Below are positions 30,263 to 40,535 of a stretch of 64,000 nt of DNA, piece by piece. Numbering within the stretch: the stretch's first letter is position 1; every line of letters starts with the position of its first letter. The notes under the pieces are model-generated. The model did no database searches. It was not told the DNA's origin and saw only the letters and a list, made by a program, of their open reading frames with translations. The stretch is from an uncultured delta proteobacterium (GTDB lineage Bacteria > Desulfobacterota > Binatia > UBA9968). The stretch covers positions 96,001-160,000 of the forward strand of contig CAVXEP010000029.1 in assembly GCA_963760795.1 (NCBI GenBank), written 5' to 3'. Position numbers and translations under genes: made by a program.

Positions 30263-31120
30263 CTATGCGCCAAGAAAATCTGTAATGAGCTTACTGACGA
30301 TGGCCGGCTGATCGTTCTGCACTTGATGTCCGGCGTTGGCGACGTAATGAAACTTTATCTTGGGCAGCATTTTTTCGAGTTGCCGTCCGAGCTCCACCGG
30401 GGCAAAACCGTCGTCCTCGCCCCAGATAAAAATCGCCGGGATCGTTAGCTTGGGCAGCGTGTCGCGCATGTCGTACTTGAGCCGCAGGTTGGCGTCCTTG
30501 GTGAGCCGCTGCTGGCCCTGTTGAAATAACTGCCGCGCGGCTTCGGCGCCCGGGCGATTGGCGCAGTCGTTGCGAACTTTGACCAGCTCGTCGGTGATCA
30601 AACTCTTGTTCCACACAATGGTTTGCAGGAATGCCCGCATGGATTCTTCGCTGCCGTTGTAGGCGCGGATCGCTTTCATGCCGGCGGTCATCGGTATTTC
30701 CATGCCCATGGCGCCGGCGATGGTATTGCTCGCGATTAGCACGAGCTTGTCGACGCGATCGGGATGTTCCAGCGCGTATTTGGCCGCGACCCAGGCGCCT
30801 TGGGAGTTGCCGCCGACGATGGCTCTTTCGATGCAGAGCGTGTCCATGAAAGCTTCGAGCTGGTCGGCGCGGCTTTGCACACCTTCACTAGCGGGAAAGT
30901 AAGGATCGGTTTCACCGAAGCCGCCGACACTGTCGGGAGCAAAGACCTCAAATTTAGGCGCGAGAGCCTGCATCGCATGGGCGAAGCCTGCTTCACCGGA
31001 CGAGCCAGGTCCGCCGCCATGGCACAACACCACCGCGGGTCCATTGTCGCCGCACTCACTGTAATGAGTGCGAATTCTTCCCGCCATTACATCGCGTTGG
31101 CGCAAAACAAATTCAGCCAT
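30263..31120 (-). CDS. Alpha/beta hydrolase (meta-cleavage-product hydrolase-like)
   Basis: HGGGPGSS, GNSQGA, WGEDD.F.P and AGHQVQ. Confidence 0.85.
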   Translation of the reverse strand: MAEFVLRQRDVMAGRIRTHYSECGDNGPAVVLCHGGGPGSSGEAGFAHAMQALAPKFEVFAPDSVGGFGETDPYFPASEGVQSRADQLEAFMDTLCIERAIVGGNSQGAWVAAKYALEHPDRVDKLVLIASNTIAGAMGMEIPMTAGMKAIRAYNGSEESMRAFLQTIVWNKSLITDELVKVRNDCANRPGAEAARQLFQQGQQRLTKDANLRLKYDMRDTLPKLTIPAIFIWGEDDGFAPVELGRQLEKMLPKIKFHYVANAGHQVQNDQPAIVSKLITDFLGA

Positions 31121-31244
31121 GTTTATTTTCCTCCGATCGGCGCTTGTAGTTGGCGCGCGTGTGATCGCGCGGTTTGTCCCAAATGTTAGGTTCGAGAAAT
31201 GTGTAGGCGTGGGACGAAGCCATGGCGGCGACCAGTTGACCCAT
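31113..31244 (-). pseudogene. Truncated N-terminus of a class III extradiol dioxygenase
   Basis: Own translation MGQLVAAMASSHAYTFLEPNIWDKPRDHTRANYKRR..., paralogous to MGSLVAALASSHAFAVAPPEKWDELRERNRTVYAQR (33362..34321); GAGG RBS retained. Confidence 0.8.
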
Positions 31245-31283
31245 GGGTTTGTTCCTCTCCGGTGCGGTTTTGCCGGTGGTGAC

Positions 31284-32312
31284 TTACGGGTTGGCGCCCT
31301 GTTTCTGTTTCTCGGCGAGCATCATCGCTACCTCGACGATCATATCCTCCTGGCCGCCGACGACTTTGAGCTTGCCCAGCTCGACCAGAATATCGCGGGC
31401 ATCGACGCCGAACTGCTCGGCGGCCTTGTCGGCGTGCAGCAGGAAACTCGAGTAGACGCCGGCGTAACCCATGGTGAGACTCACTTTGCCGATGCGCACC
31501 GGCTTGGGCATGATCGGCCGCACGATATTCTCCGCTACGTCCATGATCTTCCACAGATTGATTCCGGTCTCGTAACCCATCTTGTCGAGCACGGCGGCGA
31601 TGACTTCCGTCGGCGTGTTGCCCGAGCCGGCGCCGAGGCCGCAGGTGCAAGCGTCGATCCAGCGCGCGCCGGCCTCGATGGCGGCAACGCTATTGGCGAC
31701 CGCTAGGGACATATTGTTGTGACCGTGAAATCCAACGCCGATTTTGAGCGCGTCGCGCAACGCGGCGACGCGTTGGCGCACGGTGTCGGGCATAAGCGCG
31801 CCCGCCGAATCGGTCACCAACACAACGTCGGCGCCGTAGCTCTCCATCAGCTTTCCCTGTTCGGCGATTTTTTCCGGCGCGGCCATGTGCGACAACATCA
31901 GCATGCCGATCACTTCCATGCCCATTTTCTTGGCGACGCCGATGTGCTGCTCGGCGATGTCGGCCTCGGTGACGTGAGTAGCGATCTGCGCCACCTTGGC
32001 GCCGTAATCGGCGGCCATTCTTAAATCATCCTTGGTGCCGATGCCCGGCAGCAGCAAGACGGCGAGCTTGCCTTTCTTGATGACCTCGGAGGCCGCTTGG
32101 ATGAGCTCCATCTCGGACTGTTTGGAAAAGCCGTAGGTGACCGTCGAGCCGCCCAGACCATCGCCATGGGAGACTTCGATGATCTCCACGCCGGCATCGT
32201 CCAAACCGCGCGCCACGCTGCTGACTTGCGCGGCTGTGAGCTGGTGGCTCAGCGCATGGCTGCCGTCGCGCAAAGAACTGTCGAGAATGTGGATGAAAGT
32301 TTTTTCTGTCAC
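31284..32312 (-). CDS. mhpE: 4-hydroxy-2-oxovalerate aldolase (DmpG/MhpE)
   Basis: [47 protein letters not shown]; GTG start overlaps the stop of the dehydrogenase. Confidence 0.93.
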   Translation of the reverse strand: MTEKTFIHILDSSLRDGSHALSHQLTAAQVSSVARGLDDAGVEIIEVSHGDGLGGSTVTYGFSKQSEMELIQAASEVIKKGKLAVLLLPGIGTKDDLRMAADYGAKVAQIATHVTEADIAEQHIGVAKKMGMEVIGMLMLSHMAAPEKIAEQGKLMESYGADVVLVTDSAGALMPDTVRQRVAALRDALKIGVGFHGHNNMSLAVANSVAAIEAGARWIDACTCGLGAGSGNTPTEVIAAVLDKMGYETGINLWKIMDVAENIVRPIMPKPVRIGKVSLTMGYAGVYSSFLLHADKAAEQFGVDARDILVELGKLKVVGGQEDMIVEVAMMLAEKQKQGANP

Positions 32313-33232
32313 AGGGTTGCCTCCGCCTTTGGCTTTTTCCAAGTGCCCGCCACCCAATGGCGGGCAATCTCTTCGCCGACTTTCACCGCCGCCGAAGTCA
32401 TGATGTCTAAGTTGCCGGCATATTTGGGGAGAAAATCCCCCGCGCCCTCGACTTCGACGTACAGGGTGACTTTCTTTTTGCGCCCGCTGTTGGGCTGATC
32501 TTCGATCAATGGTTTAGCCCGCAGGCGATAACCCGGCACATATTGCTTGATCCGCTGAACCATGGATTCAATGGACTCAAGGATCTTGTTGGCGTCGCCA
32601 TCCTCCATCAAGCCATAAACCGTGTTGCGCATGAGGATCGGCGGCTCGGCGGGATTGAGCACGATGATCGCCCTGGCACGGGCGGCGCGACCGATCTTCT
32701 CCAAGCCGCGCGCCGTGGTGTCGGTAAATTCGTCGATGTTTTGCCTGGTGCCTGGACCGGCGCTTTTGCTGGCGATGGTGGCGACGATTTCAGCGTACTC
32801 CACGGCAGCTACCTGTTGGAGGGCGGCCACGAGCGGTACGGTTGCCTGACCGCCACAGCTCACGAGATTCACATTTGATTCACCTATATGCTCTTCGAGA
32901 TTTACCAACGGGATCACGTAGGGACCCACCGCCGCGGGGGTCAAATCGATGGCAATTTTCCCCGCCCCGCGCAGCAGCGGCGCATGTTTCTTGTGGGCGC
33001 TTGCAGTGGTTGCATCGAACACCAAGACAAATTTATCTTGCTGCTTGAGCAATCCCTCGATGCCTTCAGTAGTAATCGCCAGTCCCTCCTGGCGCGCCCG
33101 CGCCAACCCCTCGGATTCCGGAATGATGCCGGCCATGATCACGGGATCAAGGAGGCTACTGCGTTTCAGTTTGTACATGAGATCCGTGCCGATATTGCCG
33201 GAGCCTAAAATTGCTATGGGGGTTTTCGCCAT
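32309..33232 (-). CDS. mhpF: Acetaldehyde dehydrogenase (acylating; DmpF/MhpF)
   Basis: [36 protein letters not shown] and YAGNLDIMT. Confidence 0.95.
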   Translation of the reverse strand: MAKTPIAILGSGNIGTDLMYKLKRSSLLDPVIMAGIIPESEGLARARQEGLAITTEGIEGLLKQQDKFVLVFDATTASAHKKHAPLLRGAGKIAIDLTPAAVGPYVIPLVNLEEHIGESNVNLVSCGGQATVPLVAALQQVAAVEYAEIVATIASKSAGPGTRQNIDEFTDTTARGLEKIGRAARARAIIVLNPAEPPILMRNTVYGLMEDGDANKILESIESMVQRIKQYVPGYRLRAKPLIEDQPNSGRKKKVTLYVEVEGAGDFLPKYAGNLDIMTSAAVKVGEEIARHWVAGTWKKPKAEATL

Positions 33233-33361
33233 AAGGGTCCTTGGTTCTAGCCCGGATTATTCACCGCAAGTCCGCAATTGAGGCGAAACCTTCAGTTCCT
33301 TTGCCTTCCACCTCGATTGGCACCGTGTAACTGATCTTCGTCGGGGCATGAATACTCCGGG

Positions 33362-34321
33362 CTAGCTGTTCGCTGCCAGCGGCCATTGCGCCACCGCCAT
33401 TCCCATCAGGCCTCGATATAACGGTTCATAGGCAAGCACTTTCGCCGGCACGGCTCCCACCACCCCCGCCAGAACGATCCAGCTTCTGAGCTCGATTTCT
33501 CCATGATCCAGTAATTGCGCCGAAGTAAGATCGGCGAGCTTGCGGCCTTCTCCATCCGCCATCCACTTGAGGATTTGACGATCGAAGTCCTCGCTGATCT
33601 GCCCATAGCCGAACGGGCCGCGATAGAATCGCCAGGGATAACCCGCGGTAAAGTGAGAAAGGCCGCCCGATGCATAAATAGCGATGCGCTTATTAGCCAG
33701 ATGGTTGCGAATGATATTGCCGAGAATTTGACCAAAGGCATAGCAACGCGCCGGTGTCGGACCTGGGGGGTGAATCGCGTTCACATAGATCGGTACGATC
33801 GGCAAATCGGCGGCCGGCAAGAGGATGCGCATGAGCGGCTCGGCGTGGGCATGGGAGATAAGCCGCTTGTCTGGAAAAGTTTCCGAGAACGAAAGGTCAA
33901 AGCCACCTTCCACCGCTTGGTCGAGAATCGTCCGCGCGATCTCAGCGTCGCAGGGATAGGTCCGTTGTTCTTTAAAGAGCCGGTCGAAGAAAACGGCCTC
34001 GTCGCCGGTGTAAATCGCGAACTGGGGAACGTTCTGTGAATTATAGTTTTCGTTCTGATCGTCGCCGATAACGATCAACGCGTCGGGCTTTGACTGCTCA
34101 AGAATGCGCTTGAGCTCGAACAAGCCATTGCGCACCCGGCCGTAGCGCGTTTGCACGTCGTCCGAGCTTTCTTCGCTGAGGCGCGGATGGGGAGGTGGCA
34201 CGGCGATATTCTGTCGTTGCGCGTAGACGGTGCGATTGCGTTCCCGTAGTTCATCCCATTTTTCTGGCGGGGCAACGGCGAAAGCGTGGGACGACGCCAA
34301 GGCGGCGACTAACGATCCCAT
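33362..34321 (-). CDS. Class III extradiol ring-cleavage dioxygenase (LigB/PhnC/DesZ-like)
   Basis: ASSH, IGDDQ.EN, SHA, ASGGLSHF and G..E.RSWI motifs. Confidence 0.87.
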   Translation of the reverse strand: MGSLVAALASSHAFAVAPPEKWDELRERNRTVYAQRQNIAVPPPHPRLSEESSDDVQTRYGRVRNGLFELKRILEQSKPDALIVIGDDQNENYNSQNVPQFAIYTGDEAVFFDRLFKEQRTYPCDAEIARTILDQAVEGGFDLSFSETFPDKRLISHAHAEPLMRILLPAADLPIVPIYVNAIHPPGPTPARCYAFGQILGNIIRNHLANKRIAIYASGGLSHFTAGYPWRFYRGPFGYGQISEDFDRQILKWMADGEGRKLADLTSAQLLDHGEIELRSWIVLAGVVGAVPAKVLAYEPLYRGLMGMAVAQWPLAANS

Positions 34322-34367
34322 AGGTGCTCTCCTAGTTTATACATTGTGGCTTCGACATGGGGGACGA

Positions 34368-35450
34368 TCATTTTCCCAGAGCCTTTTGTAACCGTTCTTC
34401 AAGCTTGGGGGCTACTTCTCTCTGCCATTCCTCGGAATACTGGTCGATGTCGTACTTGACCCCGGGTTGTGGCAGGACGTAATCCGGAACCAAACTAGTT
34501 GGCACGTCGACGCGTCGACTGGGTTCCAGCAGCGCGCGAGAGACTATTTCCTGCCCCTCTCTCGACGCGACCCAGTTCAGAAACAGGGTCGCAGCATTGG
34601 GATGCGGCGGATTTTTCATCATCGCGATTGTGCTAAAGCCGCCGAGCAGGCTTCCCGGTCCATCCTTGGGAAAAACTCGCACTAGCGGAAAGCCCTCTTT
34701 TCTAAATCGCTCGATCATCGATTGCACCGGCGCCAGGACGATGGGGTAGGTGCCGCGCGCCGCCCATTCGGCAACTTGGCGGTGCTCCCGGGTGAGAGTC
34801 ACCTGCTGCCCCTGGTATAACTTGACGACAAACTCTTCGCCAAACTTCTCGATCAAATAGCGCCCGACGGCCTGACCGGCGCCGCCGATGCGGGGATCGA
34901 ACCCGCCGATCTTACCCTTCCATTCGGGCTTAAGAAGATCCTTCCACGAGGTGATTTGCTCCGGCTTGACGATGTCCCGATTGACGAACAGGTCGGTCAT
35001 CACCCACTCGGTGGTCTGCAGGCCGAAGCGGTTTTTGCTATCGACCCACTTAAGCTTACCACCGCGCCAGTTCTTGGGCTCCTTTACTTCCGGCAAATAA
35101 AACTTGTCGTCAATCGGTTCCGCCAAGTTCTTATCCATAAGAATCAGAATAGTTCTGGTTCCGCCGGTGTACATATCGATGCTCGGTTTTCCAGCCAGCG
35201 CTTCGCGTTCCATTCGAGTGACCACTTCGAAGCCGAGACCTAGATATTCAACGTTAATGCCATAGGCTTTTTTGAAACCCTCGGTGAGGCCTTGACTCAA
35301 CTCGCGGATCGACGGGCCGTTGACGACGACGGTGCCTTCCTTTTTCGCTTCGGCGACGATTTTGTTCCAGGCGGTTTGGCCCTTGCCGCTATGCGGGAAG
35401 CAAACGATGACGCCAAAGATAATGGCAGTAACGGCGATCCGTTTGATCAC
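34368..35450 (-). CDS. ABC transporter solute-binding protein
   Basis: Signal peptide, W..IV..AKKEG, DLL.P.WKGKI...DPR..G.G and PPHPNAA.LF.NW..SREGQ. Confidence 0.85.
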   Translation of the reverse strand: MIKRIAVTAIIFGVIVCFPHSGKGQTAWNKIVAEAKKEGTVVVNGPSIRELSQGLTEGFKKAYGINVEYLGLGFEVVTRMEREALAGKPSIDMYTGGTRTILILMDKNLAEPIDDKFYLPEVKEPKNWRGGKLKWVDSKNRFGLQTTEWVMTDLFVNRDIVKPEQITSWKDLLKPEWKGKIGGFDPRIGGAGQAVGRYLIEKFGEEFVVKLYQGQQVTLTREHRQVAEWAARGTYPIVLAPVQSMIERFRKEGFPLVRVFPKDGPGSLLGGFSTIAMMKNPPHPNAATLFLNWVASREGQEIVSRALLEPSRRVDVPTSLVPDYVLPQPGVKYDIDQYSEEWQREVAPKLEERLQKALGK

Positions 35451-35520
35451 AGTTGGTTCTCCTTAGTTTCTTGCGCTGCGAAGTTTTGAGTCCGCAACTA
35501 GAATTGCTTTCAATATCGTC

Positions 35521-36751
35521 TCACCGCGGAGAATGCTCCACCGGCACTTGGTGCGACATGTAGACCTCTTTGCGGTGGGCCGCCGACTCCAGCACGCCGA
35601 GGCAGACTTCAAGGGTCGCCTCCCCCCAGCGACCATCGTGGGCGACCGGGCGGTTATTGACGACCGCCTCGTACAGTTCAGTGACCTCGGCGGCGCGACC
35701 GGTCAAACCGCGGGGAATGGGAACTTCCGAGCGCTTGCCGTCGCCGTAAACGATAATGCCATCGGGCGACTGGCGCATTTCGCCGTTTTCACAGCTCACG
35801 ACTGTAAGACCGAAGAATTTCTGATGCTTGACCTCGAACGATTCACCGACCAGGCCGGGCCAGCCGTGCACGGCTTGTTCTTTGTTAATGCCGCGCACGC
35901 CGTAGCGCAGCTGCTCTTTGAATTGTTCGAGCTTGGCCTCCCGGCCCGGGCCGCTGATCTCGTTTATGCTGCGGCGGGCGTGCGCATTGGTATCTTGATG
36001 GCGAATGTAGCCGCCTTCGCCGACCCAGCTGTAGAGTTCGGCGGTGTCGAAAAAACCGTAGCCACTGTAAACCATGGTCGCCGGCACGCGATTCTCAAAT
36101 TCCAAATAGCAGGTATACGCGCCCTCCGGCCGGGTCATATCCCACAAGCCGGTCATGGCGCGCACGCTGCGCACCATAGCCGCCACCGAGTAGTCTCAGA
36201 ACGTCGACATGATGGGGGCCTTGATTCAATACGACGCCATGGCTCGAATTCAAATCTTTGTTGGTGTAGGGCCGAACCATAAAGTCGTTGTAGTTCCAGG
36301 TGTGGATCATGGTGACCGCGCCAAGCTCGCCGCTCTCAATGATCTCGCGCATCTTGCGGATCGCCGGATCGAAGCTATGGGTGTGGCCGCACAGGAGCTT
36401 GACGTTGCTCTTGCGCGCCGCCGTGTTCATCGCCTCGCATTCGTCGATGGAGAGCGCCATGGGCTTTTCGACAATCACATGCTTGCCACGCTCGGCGGCG
36501 GCGATGGTGTGACTGGCGTGAAACTCATGGGGTGTGGCGACGTAGACTGCATCGACATCGGCGCTCTGGCACATCTCTTCGACGCTTTGATAAGTCCTGC
36601 CGCTGAATTCTTCACGGAAGGTCTGCAAGGCATTGGGCCGCGCATCCGCCGCCGCGGTGACTTTGATATAGGGCAACCTGACGATTTCCGGCAGGACTCT
36701 GGTCGCGGCTTCACCCAGTCCGGCAAAGCCCAATCGCAATATTTCGTTCAC
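35521..36751 (-). CDS. Gfo/Idh/MocA oxidoreductase, phthalate cis-dihydrodiol dehydrogenase (OphB)-like; +1 frameshift near 36178
   Basis: GFAGLG, ATPH..H, VEKPMA, GHTHSFD, NQGPHHVD in 36095..36751, continuing as MVRSVRAMTG.WD.TRP.EGAY in 35521..36186. Confidence 0.85.
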
Positions 36752-36762
36752 CGCATGGTCTC

Positions 36763-38034
36763 CTAGCTTGATTTCTTAGTCGACAGCTTGCTTTGAATAT
36801 ACTCTTTCCAGGGGGTCGACTCAGGCACGAGATCTTCGCAAGCGACCAACGGGAAGCGATTTCGCTGCTCGTCGCGGGCAACATTCGCCGGCTCCCGTCC
36901 AGTTTCTAAACCCCGCATGGCGCTCAGTAATACCTTGCGCGCGGCGAGCATGGGTCGATCCATCGGCGTCAGGTGTTCTTTGGTTCGGTCCATGATCGGT
37001 CCCATGCCTTCGGTGACGCAGAGGTCTTGGATCTGGAAGTTAAGCCCCATACCGCTGTAGCCCTCCTGTTGCATCGTTTGGCGCTGCTGATTATAGCGAT
37101 TGGCTCGGTTGTTAATCGGCCGATAGTCCGGGGTCATCTGCGCTCTGCTTCGTCGCAGAGTCTCCGCGGAGATCGGTCCGGTGGTGCTATACATGAAGGT
37201 ATATTTCCAATGGCGCATGTCGTCGATGGGCACATGCCAGTTGACCGAATAACCGCCCATGGCGTAACCGCCACCGCCGAAGGTGGTCAGATTGGGCAGC
37301 ACGAACTCGGTGACATAAAGATGATAATACCCCGGCTTGGCGTTGCGCCAAATCTTGTAGCTGCGTACGCCGTATTCGGTTAGTTCCGCATCGTAAGACT
37401 CCTGACCGGGCGCAGCGCCACGGGAGTTGAGCCTTTCGAGCTCGGCGCCGACACCATAGCGCTTAAGCGTGTTATTGTTGTAGTGCAGAAACGAGAGATG
37501 GGCGAGATCGATATTGCCTTCGTTGCCCTGGAGATAGTTACAGTCGCTGTAGAGCTTGATGGCAAAGGTGTGATCTTGCGGCGCATTGAGGAACTGGTAG
37601 CTCGGAAAAAACGGCGGCTCCCCCGGTCCCATATAGGCAAAGATCACTCCCGCGCGTTCCGTAACCGGATAGGCTTTGTGGCAAATAGAAGCGCGGAAAC
37701 TTTTTCCGCAATCTTCTTCGCCCGGCATGTCGACGATCTTGCCGTTAATATCGTACAGCCAGCCATGGTAGATGCAGCGCAAACCGCCGTCCTCGAGTCT
37801 ACCGTAGCTCAAGTCGGCGCCGCGGTGGGCGCAATGGCGATGGAGCAAGCCCAGCTGCCCGCGGTCGTCGCGAAAAAGCACCAACTCTTCGCCCAGTAGC
37901 GTTACCGCTAAGGGAGCAGCGCCAGCGGGCAGTTCCTCGGCGAGGGCCGCTGGCTGCCAGTAGCGGCGCATCAACTCGCCGCATGGCGTGCCGGGCCCGG
38001 TGCGAGTCAGTAAGTCGTTCTCTTCCCGTAGCAT
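36763..38034 (-). CDS. Rieske oxygenase alpha subunit, phthalate 4,5-dioxygenase (OphA2)-like
   Basis: EN.LLT.TGPGTP.G.L.RRYW, CAHR...CIYHGW, EGNID.AHLSFLH and QD...TE.MG. Confidence 0.9.
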   Translation of the reverse strand: MLREENDLLTRTGPGTPCGELMRRYWQPAALAEELPAGAAPLAVTLLGEELVLFRDDRGQLGLLHRHCAHRGADLSYGRLEDGGLRCIYHGWLYDINGKIVDMPGEEDCGKSFRASICHKAYPVTERAGVIFAYMGPGEPPFFPSYQFLNAPQDHTFAIKLYSDCNYLQGNEGNIDLAHLSFLHYNNNTLKRYGVGAELERLNSRGAAPGQESYDAELTEYGVRSYKIWRNAKPGYYHLYVTEFVLPNLTTFGGGGYAMGGYSVNWHVPIDDMRHWKYTFMYSTTGPISAETLRRSRAQMTPDYRPINNRANRYNQQRQTMQQEGYSGMGLNFQIQDLCVTEGMGPIMDRTKEHLTPMDRPMLAARKVLLSAMRGLETGREPANVARDEQRNRFPLVACEDLVPESTPWKEYIQSKLSTKKSS

Positions 38035-38051
38035 GAGCGGAGATTGGTGGC

Positions 38052-38843
38052 CTAGATAAATCGAACCGATACCGATCCCAAGCCGTCAAATGTCGCTTGC
38101 AGCAAATCGCCCGCGCTAACATCGGCGGCGCCGCACAAAGCGCCTGGCATGATAATATCTCCGGCGCTGAGACTGACGCCGAATTGGCCCACGGCGTTGG
38201 CCAGCCATGCCACCGCAACGGCGGGATGGCCGAGCACGGCGCCGCCGGCGCCGGTCTGCACGATGTCGCCGTTTTTTTCCAAGATCATCCCCACAAGTTT
38301 AAGATCCCGCTCATCGACGCGGCGCGGCGAACTGCCGAGCACGACGCGCGCCGAGGAAGCATTGTCGGCGATGGTATCGCAGAGTTTGATTTTCCAACCC
38401 TCGATGCGGCTGTCGATGATTTCCAATGCGGGAACGACGAATCGCGTCGCCGCCATGACCTGCATGGGGGTGACGCCCGGCCCCGTCAAATCGCGGTCGA
38501 GTATGAAAGCAATTTCCGGTTCGATCTTCGGTTGAATGAGTTCGCTCACGCGAAACGAGGTCCCGTCCTGCAGCACCATGCCGTCAAGAATATGGCCATA
38601 GTCGGGCTGATCGACATTGAGCATTTTTTGCATCGCCTTGCTGGTGAGCCCGATTTTCTTGCCGACGACTTTGGCGCCGTCGGCCTTTTTCATTTCGATC
38701 ATGGCGAGTTGAATCTTGTAAGCTTCATCGGTATCGATTTTTGGATATCGTTCCGTGAACGGGCGGAGCACGGTTTTCTCACGCTCAGCCCGGTAGAGGT
38801 TCTGTGCTTCTTTGCGAATCTGCTCTGAGTTTAAACCTTCCAC
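38052..38843 (-). CDS. mhpD: 2-keto-4-pentenoate hydratase (MhpD/DmpE)
   Basis: GKKIGLTSKAMQ..L.VDQPD.G, PKIEPEIAF, EIIDSRI..W.I...DTIADNASS and GHP..AVAWLAN. Confidence 0.9.
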   Translation of the reverse strand: MEGLNSEQIRKEAQNLYRAEREKTVLRPFTERYPKIDTDEAYKIQLAMIEMKKADGAKVVGKKIGLTSKAMQKMLNVDQPDYGHILDGMVLQDGTSFRVSELIQPKIEPEIAFILDRDLTGPGVTPMQVMAATRFVVPALEIIDSRIEGWKIKLCDTIADNASSARVVLGSSPRRVDERDLKLVGMILEKNGDIVQTGAGGAVLGHPAVAVAWLANAVGQFGVSLSAGDIIMPGALCGAADVSAGDLLQATFDGLGSVSVRFI

Positions 38844-38920
38844 GTTCCTACCCCGATCTCACTGCGTGTAATGCTTTCTCATTTTGTCGCCCGTCTCATA
38901 TGCCAAGACTATGTTTCGAG

Positions 38921-38949
38921 ATTCTAGTAAACAGCAATTTGCCTGTCAA
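38921..38949 (-). promoter_or_regulatory. Putative sigma70 promoter of the mhpD operon
   Basis: TTGACA-N17-TAGAAT on the minus strand. Confidence 0.7.
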
Positions 38950-39233
38950 TCGGACTTTTGCTTTTAGAAACTTCGTCTGACACCGACTATCATGCTGCGT
39001 TTAAAGAATTGAGCTAAAGCAGGCGCCGCTAACGTACAACCCCGGGAGCCCGCCCAGCCGTTAAACTCGATGAACGCGCCTTGCTCCCCCATGCCGTCAC
39101 TTGATGGGACATTTGGATTTCTTTGCGTTCATCCGCCGATTGCAGAAACGCTAGAACGACTTCGAGCGTTGCGTCGCCCGGCCCGGTAAACCCTCAACGG
39201 AATTTTTCCGCCATCGCATGCTCGTTACCGGCG

Positions 39234-40523
39234 CTATTTGCCGTTGGCCAACACCGCCTCCAGCTTCGCGTACTTCTCCTTAATATAGTCTTTCCAAGAT
39301 GTCTGGCCCGACAATAGATCATTGCAGGCATTGATGACAAAATAATTGCGCGCCGGGTCGCGCACGACGTTGCGCGGCTCGCGCCCTTCCTGCAAGTCGC
39401 GAATGGCGCGGATCATCAGCTTACGCGCCACGATCACCGGCCGGTCCATCGGCACCAAATGTTCTTTGGTGCGATCCAGCATGGCTCCCATGCCTTCGGT
39501 GATGCATAGATCTTGCACCTGGAAATTATAGCCGATGCCGCTATAGCTTTCGCTGGTCATGGAGTCTCGGTCTTGTTGGTAACGGTTCGCCTTGTTGCGG
39601 GTCGGCCGATAGCCTTCCAGCATATCGGCGCGGCGCCGTTTGACCGCGGCTTTATCGATGGGCGCGGTGCGGCTGAAGATAAACGTATACTTCCAGTGAT
39701 GCGTGTCATCGATGGGGACATGCCAGTTGACGGAAAACGAGCCGTCGATGTCGTATTGCTCGCCGTAGAACGCGGTGAAACTTGGCAACACAAATTCCGT
39801 CATGTAAAGCCGGTATTCATCGGGCCGCTCGGTGTGGCGGCGGATCTTGTAACTGCGCACGCCGTACTCAGTTAACTCGACTTCATAAGACTCTTTCTGC
39901 GGCGCGGCGCCGCGCGGATTTATTTTTCCGTTCTCCGGCGGCGCTTCCTGGTCACGGTTATTGGCGTTGTAGTGCAAAAACGACAAATGGCCGAGATCGA
40001 TATTGCCTTCGTTGCCTTGCAAATAGTTGCAGTCGCTGAAGAGCTTGATCGAGAAAGCGTTTTCCTCGGGAACATTCAAGAATTCATATTTGGGAAACAA
40101 TGGCGGCTCGCCCGGCCCCATATATGCGAACACAGTACCCGAGCGCTCTTCGCAGGGATAAGCGGCTTGGCAGATGGAATCGCGGCCTTCTCCACCTGAA
40201 ACCTCGCCGGGTTGGTCAAGGCAGCGCCCTTTAACGTCGAACAGCCAGCCATGGTAAATACAGCGCAGCCCGCCGTCTTCGACTCGTCCATAACTCAGAT
40301 CCGCGCCTCGATGGGCGCAGTGACGGTCGAGTAAGCCCGGCCGGCCGTTGACGTCGCGGAACAAAACTAGATCTTCGCCCAACAAGCGAACTGGCAAGGT
40401 GGCATTACTTCCCACCACAAGTTCCTCCGACAGCGCAACCGGCAACCAATAACGGCGCATGAACTCGCCGCATGGCGTGCCGCGATCTGTTTGCGCTAGT
40501 AAATCGTTTTCAGCCTTGTCCAT
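39234..40523 (-). CDS. Rieske oxygenase alpha subunit, phthalate 4,5-dioxygenase-like (paralogue of 36763..38034)
   Basis: CAHRGADLSYGR.EDGGLRCIYHGW and CNYLQGNEGNIDL.HLSFLH shared with the paralogue. Confidence 0.9.
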   Translation of the reverse strand: MDKAENDLLAQTDRGTPCGEFMRRYWLPVALSEELVVGSNATLPVRLLGEDLVLFRDVNGRPGLLDRHCAHRGADLSYGRVEDGGLRCIYHGWLFDVKGRCLDQPGEVSGGEGRDSICQAAYPCEERSGTVFAYMGPGEPPLFPKYEFLNVPEENAFSIKLFSDCNYLQGNEGNIDLGHLSFLHYNANNRDQEAPPENGKINPRGAAPQKESYEVELTEYGVRSYKIRRHTERPDEYRLYMTEFVLPSFTAFYGEQYDIDGSFSVNWHVPIDDTHHWKYTFIFSRTAPIDKAAVKRRRADMLEGYRPTRNKANRYQQDRDSMTSESYSGIGYNFQVQDLCITEGMGAMLDRTKEHLVPMDRPVIVARKLMIRAIRDLQEGREPRNVVRDPARNYFVINACNDLLSGQTSWKDYIKEKYAKLEAVLANGK

Positions 40524-40535
40524 GGATCTTCCCGA

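Noticed and set aside
29719-30273. 184-aa minus-strand ORF
   Set aside because: Runs through REP-like repeats and antisense to an SBP remnant; no recognisable protein features.
38850-39230. Long intergenic region checked for an ncRNA or riboswitch
   Set aside because: Only a promoter and operator-like site were recognised; no convincing structured RNA.
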